DNA of 64,000 nt from Tubiluchus corallicola. Taxonomy: Eukaryota; Animalia; Priapulida. The stretch is from NCBI GenBank assembly GCA_030141605.1, contig JAQGDQ010000221.1, positions 1 through 64,000 on the forward strand, given 5' to 3'. The position numbers and the translations under genes are program-made. The number at the start of each line of letters is the position of its first letter. The first letter of the stretch is position 1. The notes under the pieces are model-generated. The model was not told the DNA's origin. It worked only from the letters and a program-made list of their open reading frames with translations, and did no database searches. Positions 54,715 through 64,000 of this stretch are shown here, one piece after another.

Positions 54715-54845
54715 TCACACATCACTTTTATCTTCTAGTATTTTCTCTAGCCTTTCAACTGCTCTCCGTTGTTTCACTATTGTACCTTTGGATTCTCCTT
54801 GTTTAGTTTTTTCACTGTCTGATTCTCCACTATCTTCACTAAAGC
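54715..54845 (-). CDS. Candidate alternative tail exon 3, ends ...LEDKSDV*
   Basis: CAG acceptor, open frame. Confidence 0.45.
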
Positions 54846-55018
54846 CTGCAAAATGATAACAACAAATATTGTAAACATGTTTGGTAGACTAGTGTCAGTT
54901 GCCAATTGCATACATGTATGAGCCATACAGTTAGTTTGCTAGCTAACCACTTTAGTTAAAATTAAATTTTGTTTCACTCCTTGTGACTTTTCTCTTTATG
55001 TTCAATGAAATACGTCAT

Positions 55019-55149
55019 TCACACATCACTTTTATCTTCTAGTATTTTCTCTAGCCTTTCAACTGCTCTCCGTTGTTTCACTATTGTACCTTTGGATTCT
55101 CCTTGTTCAGTTTTTTCACTGTCTGATTCTCTACTATCTTCACTAAAGC
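55019..55149 (-). CDS. Candidate alternative tail exon 2, ends ...LEDKSDV*
   Basis: CAG acceptor; GFSEDSRESDSEKTEQGESKGTIVKQRRAVERLEKILEDKSDV*. Confidence 0.5.
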
Positions 55150-55322
55150 CTGCAAAATGATAACAACAAATATTGTAAACATGTTTGGTAGACTAGTGTC
55201 AGTTGCCAATTGCATACATGTATGAGCCATACAGTTAGTTTGCTAGCTAACCACTTTAGTTAAAATTAAATTTTGTTTCACTCCTTGTGACTTTTCTCTT
55301 TATGTTCAATGAAATACGTCAT

Positions 55323-55453
55323 TCACACATCACTTTTATCTTCTAGTATTTTCTCTAGCCTTTCAACTGCTCTCCATTGTTTCACAACTGTACCTTCGAA
55401 TTCTCCTTGTTCAGTTATTTCGCTGTCTGATTCTCCACTATCTTCACTAGAGC
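55323..55453 (-). CDS. LRR-EGF receptor, coding exon 3 (proximal cytoplasmic tail)
   Basis: Phase-1 acceptor matches donor ACGG|gtatgc; GSSEDSGESDSEITEQGEFEGTVVKQWRAVERLEKILEDKSDV*; the same intron and exon are conserved in the paralog at 62.8-63.2 kb. Confidence 0.8.
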
Positions 55454-55764
55454 CTGCAAAATGATAACAACAAATATTGTAAACATATTTAGTAGACTAG
55501 TGTCAATTGTCAATTGCATACATGTATAAGCCACACAGTTAGCTGGCTAGCTAACCAGCTAGTTAGTTGGCATTAGGCCACTCGCTCGCCTGTTTGTTCG
55601 TTTGTTCGTCTGCTAGGTAGTTATGTCGAAGTAGTTGTCGTAGTCTGCCCTTCATCCTCGATTGTGAAAATGATTCACTCTGAATAGCATACGCGCTCTG
55701 ATTAAACCAACGTGGTAACCAGACAACAGCGACTCAACTATTTTAAAGGAAAAACAAAGCATAC

Positions 55765-58188
55765 CCGTGATCGCCTTCCGGTGCTTTTGTTTTTGACATC
55801 TAAAAATTACATAAGTTGCTAGCAAAAACAATACAATCAGAGAAACTGCTGAGCCCACAAGTTTCCCGTTGCTAATTAAGTTTTCTTTGTCTTCAGTGTT
55901 AAATTGACATTGCGATCCATTATTTCCACTCAAGCATGTACACGTGTATTTATTAACAAAATCAAAACAATTGCCTCCATTCTGGCACGGATTAGAAGCA
56001 CACTCATTGTAATTTGTTTGACACTGGTTTCCCACATAACCTTGTATACAGTGACAATTGTAATTATTTATACCATGCAGACATGTGCCACCATTTTTGC
56101 ATGGATTGCTTGCACACTTGGTGTTATTCAGATTACACACATACTCCCCAAGTTCATTTATACAGACGCATGTGTAATACCCATCTTCATTAACACATAT
56201 TCCACCGTCTTTACAAGGATTATCAAGCAGGCATTCGTTAACATCAGTTTCACAAGTTTTTCCAGTGAATCCTGCTGTGCAGTCACACGTGTAATTGTTT
56301 ACCTTGTCTACACACGTTCCGCCATGTTTGCATGGCTTGTGCAGTTGCTGGCATTCATTAATATCAGTTTCACAAGTTCTTCCAGTGAATCCTGCAGTGC
56401 ATTCACACGTGTAATTGTTTACCTTGTCTACACACATTCCGCCATGTTTGCATGGCTGGTGCAGTTGCTGGCATTCATTAATATCAGTTTCACAAGTTCT
56501 TCCAGTGAATCCTGCAGTGCATTCACACGTGTAATTGTTTACCTTGTCTACACACGTTCCGCCATGTTTGCATGGCTGGTGCAGTTGCTGGCATTCATTA
56601 ATATCAGTTTCACAAGTTCTTCCAGTGAATCCTGCAGAGCAGTCACACCTGAAATCGTTTATCAGGTCCACGCAGGTTGCACCATTCTTGCACGGCTGAC
56701 GCAGATCTTCACATTCATTAATATTTATACTGCATTTCTCGCCTGTGTATCCGGGATCACACATGCATATCGCTGTTGGGTTACCAGGTGCACACGTTCC
56801 ATGACCACATGAACTTGGTTTACACAATTCAACTTCACAAGTGGTTCCATTGTAGTCATCAGTACAGTTACAAGTAAAACTGTTCACACCGTCTATGCAT
56901 GTCCCACCATTTCTGCATGGATTGCTTTCACACTCATCGATGTTTTGCTGACACAGCTGCCCCTCAAATCCAGACGCACAGTTACATTTGAAAGAGCCAA
57001 ATGAATTAACACATGTTCCACCATTTTTACAAGGATTAGCAAGCTGGCATTCATTAACATCCGTTTCACAAGTTCTTCCAGTGAATCCTGCAGTGCAGTC
57101 ACACGTGTAATTGTTTACCTTGTCTACACACGTTCCGCCATGTTTGCATGGCTTGTGCACCTGCTGGCATTCATTAATATCAGTTTCACAAGTTCTTCCA
57201 GTGAATCCTGCAGAGCAGTCACACCTGAAGTCGTTTATCAGGTCCACGCAGGTTGCACCATTCTTGCACGGCTGACGCAGATCTTCACATTCATTAATAT
57301 TTATACTGCATTTCTCACCTGTGTATCCGGGATCACACGTGCATTTCGCTGATGGGTTACCAGGTAAACACATTCCATGACCGTTGCACGATCTTGGGTT
57401 ACACCCTTCAACTTCACATGTAGCTCCACAGTAAACACCGGCACAGTTACAAGTAAAACTGTTCACACCGTCTATGCATGTCCCACCATTTCTACATGGA
57501 CTGCTTTCACACTCATCGATGTTTTGCTGACACAGCTGCCCCTCATATCCAGACGCACAGTTACATTTAAAAGAGCCAAATGAATTAACACATGTTCCAC
57601 CGTTTTTACAAGGATTAGCAAGCTGGCATTCGTTAATATCCGTTTCACAAGTTCTTCCAGTGAATCCTGCAGAGCAGTCACACCTGAAATCGTTTATCAG
57701 GTCCACGCAGGTTGCGCCATTGTTGCACGGCTGACGCAGATCTTCACATTCATTAATATTTATACTGCATCTCTGACCTGTGTATCCAGGATAACACCTG
57801 CATTTCGCTGATGGGTTACTAGGCAAACACATTCCATGACCGTTGCACAATCTTGGTTTACACCCTTCAACTTCACATGTGGCTCCAAAGTAAACACCGG
57901 CACAGTTACAAGTAAAACTGTTCACACCATCTATGCATGTACCACCATTTTTGCACGGATTTGACTTACATTCATCTATAGGTATGCAAAAAGGTACCTC
58001 ATCACCCGGGGGACAAGATGTACACTTAAAATCATCTATCTGCAAATTGGAATTGTGGGTCTTTCCTCGATTGTGGTCAGGATGGTAACAAGTATATTCA
58101 ATACTCCCGCCAGGTCTGATATATTTGTCCAGAAAAGTTGAATTAGCCACCCATCTTAGATAGCAGTTACATGTTAGCTGCTTGTTTC
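55765..58188 (-). CDS. LRR-EGF receptor, coding exon 2: LRRCT, 18 EGF-like repeats (mostly Ca-binding type), TM helix, basic stop-transfer
   Basis: Acceptor ttttgcag|GAAAC giving GNKQLTCNCYLRW; 2424 nt, phase 1-1; TM LVGSAVSLIVLFLLATYVIF then RCQKQKHRK; donor gtatgc. Confidence 0.95.
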
Positions 58189-58931
58189 CTGCAAAACAAA
58201 AAATCACAGACTTGGTTCATACCAAATACGTTCTCATCACAATGTAATGGAAACCGACAAGCTTATTTACTGGATAATTTCACCGTCGGATTTTTGTACA
58301 GTGGGGCTCTAAGCTCAAGATATTTGACCTCCATAGCAGTTAATTGACAACCTCGATGCTTGCCTGGATTCGTACTTTGAAACTGCAGCATACGTTGGTA
58401 GTTAACTCAGCTTCATTTCAAACTATGAAATGATGTTTCAGGAATTTGATTGGTTGACACCTGGTGTTAAAATATAATGGAAACACTTGATGTAAAAGAA
58501 TGTCAGTCTTTACAAAGACTATGTCACTAACGATGTGATGCCTCACCAGCTATGGTATTCAGTTATGGTTGGACATATTTAAAATTCAACCCAAACACAC
58601 CAAGTAATCATTAACAAGCGATAAATCTACAAGAAAATAACGCAACAGATTAAAATCTACCCAGACTACTTGACATAAGAAACCCTCTACAGTACTATAG
58701 TATTATGATTCGTAACAGTGACCACTTGGTGAAACGTGTCCACATTTTCTAAATAGATGTCAGCAGGCAGTACGTTTGCCTCATCTTTGGTTATTTTGTT
58801 TTTATGAAAGAAACTTTCCGTATACTGGATTAAAATGATTGTTCAACAATCACTTATTTTGTTCCCAAGTAACAGCATTATTTGTCTAGATTACTTGAAA
58901 CGTTTACCGTGCCAAATGAATGATTACATAC

Positions 58932-59604
58932 CTTTCAGGTTCACTCTCAAATTACGAACATTTTCATGCAGCCGAGGTGTTACGACATACTTTAGCAGAT
59001 TATTACCGGAAATTTGAAGGTTTGATAAAAAGGAGGACTTTTCCATTTTAACGTCAACTGTCTCAAGTTGAGGATTCGTCGTTATGATGAGGTCACGAAG
59101 CTGCTGACAATTTGAAAAGTCCAGAGAAAGTGAAGTAAGTTTCCACAGCAGCTTCAACTTCAAATATGTCATGGTGTTTTGATCTGCAAATGCATCATGA
59201 TGAATAGATTCTAGTTTCTTAGCATAATCAATTTCGAGATGTTCGACTTTTCCCCCAAATGTGTCTCTATCAATACTAACAATGCTAGTTAGCGCAAATT
59301 GAATCCATTTTAATTTTTTTCCTTGCAACCAGTTTGTAGGTATCGCATCACTTTTATAATAAGGCAGTTGGAGTATATCTCCATCTACAACGTTTCTGTC
59401 CAATTCACGCAAATCACTTTCTTTCAAATTGAGATGAGCATATATTTGTCCACACTGAAACTTGCAGTTAACGCCTCCTGCGATCTGTTTAATGCTGGAA
59501 CACTTGCCGCTTAAAAATATTTTAGGCTCTAGGTCTCGGCACCTAGCTTCTGTATCAAGAAACGTAATTAAGGCACTCAGAAGTAAAAAAAACGTGGTCC
59601 TCAT
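58932..59604 (-). CDS. LRR-EGF receptor, coding exon 1: signal peptide, Cys N-cap, divergent leucine-rich repeats
   Basis: ATG at 59604; MRTTFFLLLSALITFLDTEA; LRR-like segments (LESIHHDAF, LRDLIITTNPQL, LSNLQISGNNLL); donor AAAG|gtatgt, phase 1, completing VNLKG-N across the junction. Confidence 0.9.
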
Positions 59605-61164
59605 CAATATTTTCAGGGTTTTTTGGCGTTCTATTGATGTGTTAAGATATCACATTAAGAATGCATCACGGGTAATTATGAAGAAATTCATTGCGTCATA
59701 ATTACCATCAATGTAATTATCATTGTTATTCGTACCACATTCTTTATCCTAAACAATTAGAACTCCACCATTGTTATAGTACTATAGTAGGCTCACTTTG
59801 TAGAAAACTATCCTGGATCAAGACAATGAACTTCCGGGTAGATTACACTGTCGAGATCAAGAAAATTACAAAACTCTAAAAATTCTGCTGTTCCAAAGCC
59901 ATGCAGCATTTGTTTCCTAAAAAACTAAAGTAAACTAAAGAAAAAAACTAGACAATGTTGGGTCTATTCCTTTGCCATTGTCAGTATGAAAGCGTATAGA
60001 GGTCACTACAGCCTGATGTCTGACACATGTACTGCTGTTACTGAGTTAGTTAGTTATTTCTTTTGTGCACGTATATTTTGTTCCTTATTTTTATTAGTGC
60101 TGATAAGAAACTCCGTAAAGTGTAATTTTTGCGTTTTATTTTATGAGACTTAAATGACATGCTACAACACGTATATGTTATTAGTTTACAGACATTAACT
60201 CAGTATAACATTTGTAACTAAAATTAACACTTGTAGTTGAGTAATCAGTTACACAACGATACTGAAATGGACAATTATGAAGCACAATATCAAGTCCACC
60301 ATGTCATCTTGGAGTTCGACCCCCTGAGTCGAATTCAGGCCACTGTTATCACTTAAACCGAAAAAACGTAACAAAGAAATTTGAAAAAGCTATAGGTAAA
60401 GCATGAAGTTAATTCGTACTATAGCTGCATTTCAGCTGTAATCCAGACGAGGGTGAAGCTGCCATTGACTTAAAAATTATCATGTAACTGGCTCCGTTCT
60501 AGCCGTCTTGACCTTGTCTTGCTACTGCACAAAACGTTTCAGACACAGAGGGTAAGGCTAACTTTGTGCAAATCCTCATCAGTTTAAATCAAGTCGCATA
60601 CCAGTCACGACACTCCTGGCCAAGTCCTGTGACAGTGGGAGTCCCAAATTTTAATTTAAAGTTTGCACACCAGGAGCGAATATTGTATTTTTCTATTTTG
60701 CAGTAACTTGGATCATTTTTGTTTTTGTTTCAGCCCCTAGACGTGATTTTTCCACATTAAAGACAATGCTTGAGTTAGATCTTATTTTCGAAGCGAAGTT
60801 TTAGTGAAACGCTTCTTTGGAATGCACAAAGATAAGATATGTCTCACAACAGAGCAAAATTGCAGCAGCAGTTTATTAGAAATTCAAATAAACAGATTGA
60901 TGTTAGGCTGAAACTTTATACCTGCATCTAGTGGTACAAAATTTGTTATCTTCGTGTAAATAAGAGTAAATTGTTCGATCAAAGCTATTTTGTTGAAACT
61001 ACTAGCTTCTAACTTATTGTACACTTATTCATAAGACGTTAACCTTAGCCATCTAAATAGCATATACAATATGAATATGGGTAGCGGCATGTGACTCCTG
61101 ATCGTATCAGCGCACGAATATTTTATTTCATAGTAGAGTAGAGTATTTTAACCTACAGTTTGAC

Positions 61165-61762
61165 TATGGGTCCGGCTTTGCTTTAAATCAGATATTAACT
61201 GACAATACATTTGTAACAGCGCATTCAGACAAGCCAGTTTATGTCGCGAATTTTCACACTGACAGTAAACTCACAAGTGTGAACTGCTTTGCGAGTTGCT
61301 TTTAGCAAGAAATTGCAAGCTTTCCTAACAGTTGCTATAATGGGAATTTCAAGACTTTACGACAGCTAGGCTGATAATTCTGCCCCGCTAATGTGAATTT
61401 ATAGTTGGCAATGTAATAAGCACATTGAACAATTACTTGTGTTGTGTTAGACACACTTTTAACATAATTTCTACGTGGTCATTATTAATTACATGTATTT
61501 GCATATCGCTTATATTCACCAGCCTGCACAAATGCTTGTTGCGTGATACCTTTCACCTGCTCGTTATGTAGCACTTATGCAAAAGCTGCTCTCACTAACT
61601 GTCGCGATGTGTTATAAAGTGCGCCCTTCACATGAATATGAAAGTATGCGCATTTTTCGGGAAGAATAAGAAAAATAATAAGAATGTGGGTAGTGGCATG
61701 AATTCTTAAGCATATCAGCACATGAATATTTTATTTCTGGGTCGTAATAATACACATAATTA
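61165..61762. repeat. Paralogous 3' flank, duplicate of ~52213-52805
   Basis: tgggtccgg.tttgctttaaatcagatattaactgacaatacatttgtaacag... colinear in both places. Confidence 0.9.
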
Positions 61763-62816
61763 CATAAAATACTTCTTTAACAGATGAAGAGATGAAGCAG
61801 TTTAGTTTTGCATATGTACAGCTGTGAAATCGGCACAGGTAACATAGTTATGTTTAACGCATACTTGCCGCTTATTGGTTATTTTAAAAATGCATAAACA
61901 CAGGTGATTCCTACAGGTCGTGGAGCAGTGAAATTCTCGATCTAGCTAGACAGTTGTTACTTGATTTTTGAGCATATCGTAACGTGTGGCAAACACGTCT
62001 AAAGTCTGTCCACACTGCTCAGTTCAAACATCTCTAACGAGATTGAGATGTTTTGATTTATACTATTGTGGAACTTCCTCAAATGATATAAACGAGTAGA
62101 AACGGCTTGTAATATGGTCAATTGAATACGGAACTTAATCTAGACCTGTATTGGTGAGACTCCCAGCAAGTTGGCAGACGGAGTCAAGCAAGCTAGACCC
62201 ACGAGGAAGTTGTAGCGACCATGTCCGGTGATGAGGCGAAGAGGTGGCGATCCGTGAGGTGAGCTGCAAGCGGCTGTCGGAACTTGGTGGAATCGAATGA
62301 TGGATGTTATGGTATGAATTGACAAGGCATGGAATGGAATGGAATGTTGCAGATACGTTTACAAAGTCTAGTGATGAAACCATTGTCATGGAATGGAAAT
62401 AAAATGGTGACGCAGTTAATGTCAAGACTAGAACTCCGACGTGGTAAACCCGGTACCGGTATGCTTGTAGCCTCGTACACACATGTACAGTTTTGCTTAA
62501 ATGATCTGTGCACAGTTTTTTTCATGCATATTATATTTGTAATTAAATAAAGCAATTGAATTTAATGCCCAGTTTGTTTAGACTAATTGAGATTGTCAAT
62601 CAGTAATTTTTTTTCTAAATATTACATCACAACAGTGACGACGTTACACGTTAGGGAAATAACACAGAACCCATAACACGTGCTTTAGGAAGGACCGTCA
62701 CATACATCACTACACACACTTTAGTTAAAATTAAATTTTATTTCACTTCTTTTGATGTTCAATAAAATACGTCATTCACCAATCACTTTTATCTTAAAGT
62801 ATTTTTCTGTAGCCTT

Positions 62817-62905
62817 TCAACTGCTCTCGGTTGTTTCACTACTACCTTCGGATTCTCCTTGTTCAGTTATTCCACTTTCTGATTCTCCACTATCTTCACT
62901 AGAGC
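62817..62905 (-). CDS. Paralog 2, cytoplasmic-tail exon (single copy)
   Basis: ttttgtag|GC; GSSEDSGESESGITEQGESEGSSETTESS*; AATAAA at 62737-62742. Confidence 0.8.
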
Positions 62906-63197
62906 CTACAAAATGATAACAACAAACATTGAAACAAACATCTAGTAGTGTCAATTGTCAATTGCATACATGTATAAGCCAACAGTTAGCTAGCTAACTA
63001 GCCAGTCAGTTAGTTAGTTGGCAATTAGGCCACTTGCTCTCCTGTTTGTTCATTTGCTAGGTAATTACGTCTAGGTAGTTAGTCTGCCCTCCGTCCTCAA
63101 ATGTGAAAATGATTCACTTTGAATAGCATATGCTCTCTTTGGAAACCAAAGTGGTAACTGGTAACCAGACAACAGCAACTAGACTATTTAAGCATAC

Positions 63198-63344
63198 CCG
63201 TGATCGCCTTCTGGCGTCTTTGTTTTTGCCATCTAAAAATTACATAAATTGCTAGCAAAGACAACACAAACAGAGCAACTGAAACTGCTGAGCCCAAAAC
63301 TGTCGAGTTGCTGATTGACTTCTTTTGGTCTTCAGCCTTCAGTA
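63198..63344 (-). CDS. Paralog 2, transmembrane exon; upstream exons probably beyond the window
   Basis: cattttcag|TACTG acceptor, 147 nt phase 1-1, LKAEDQKKSISNSTVLGSAVSVALFVLSLLAIYVIFRWQKQRRQKAIT, donor ACGG|gtatgc identical to the main gene. Confidence 0.88.
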
Positions 63345-64000
63345 CTGAAAATGATTGAGTCAACATTGAAATTACTTGCAGAATATTTAAGCAACTACAA
63401 CAGACACAATTTGGGATTAGCATTAAATGATTTTTAAGAATCATTTTTAATATAATTGATTTTATTTTAACAGTTGATGGAAAAATTTAGTCACACAATT
63501 TGCATGTTAAGTTGAGCAAACGTCCTTTAATTTATACGAACACGTATCGGGCCTGATTACAAATTATGGTTTTCATGATAATCGCCACAGTGTACGGTAT
63601 GGTTGCAGTTTCGTTTTAAACTCTGAGGCTTGAAAAAGCTAGATGACACTAATGGATGTCCACCATCCATTGAAAGGTATCATTATTCCTTTTCTTGTTA
63701 AGCCGTTTTACTTTATATATATTGTAATTACTGTTATGTGTATTTTTAGATTGTTTGAAGTATCTACCATTGATACCTTTAATATCATTGTGATACTTTT
63801 CTTTTTCATCAACAATAGATGGTGACAATATTTTTTATCATCCATAAAAATGTCATTGTAGTTTAGCCTAAGGTATATATTGGCCAATGTTGAACTATGA
63901 AAATACTGAAAACCGAATATTTTGGAAACAGCATTTGTCATATTCAGCATTGACCTAAACTAGTGGAGAAACAATTAGCTTATGAGTATAACTAAAATGG

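Larger units (their letters stand above)
52825..55555 (-). repeat. Tandem array of nine ~303-bp units, each = intron 3' end + cytoplasmic-tail exon + 3' flank
   Basis: ttgttatcattttg(c/t)ag|GC acceptors with exon starts at 55453, 55149, 54845, 54542, 54237, 53935, 53632, 53327, 53025. Confidence 0.95.

Noticed and set aside
55904-56812. 302-aa plus-strand ORF
   Set aside because: Antisense shadow of the repetitive EGF exon.
55652-58207. Calling the EGF ORF Notch, fibropellin or Slit, or using its ORF-track start and stop
   Set aside because: Diagnostic domains are absent; both ORF ends run into introns (true exon 55765-58188).
62135-62550. ORFs in a GC-richer island between the paralogs
   Set aside because: No domain; may be a LINE 3' scrap with a (GGAAT)n tail, but too weak to call.

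Overview
AT-rich, intron-containing animal (probably non-vertebrate) genomic DNA, with many microsatellites and nested non-autonomous transposons; no prokaryotic features. The first ~45 kb has no recognisable protein-coding gene. It holds Kolobok-like TTAA MITEs, hAT MITEs with 8-bp TSDs, a 5S-headed SINE, a Penelope-like remnant with a minimal hammerhead ribozyme, a decayed LINE and a probable solo LTR. The last ~19 kb is a minus-strand cluster of single-pass receptor genes. It contains one intact gene of about 1075 aa (signal peptide, LRRs, LRRCT, 18 EGF repeats, TM, short tail, no TIR or kinase domain), the TM and tail exons of a second paralog, and a disrupted LRR exon of a third. The most striking structure is a tandem array of nine ~303-bp units downstream of the TM exon. 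Each unit has an intact phase-matched splice acceptor and an open cytoplasmic-tail exon, and together they encode four classes of C-terminus, only one of which ends in a class I PDZ-binding motif (-KSDV). Next to the cluster, a head-to-tail Helitron-like pair encloses an intact C-type lectin (QPD/WND) terminal exon and a 5S rRNA fragment. Gene models were read by eye; repeat boundaries are approximate unless a TSD is quoted.
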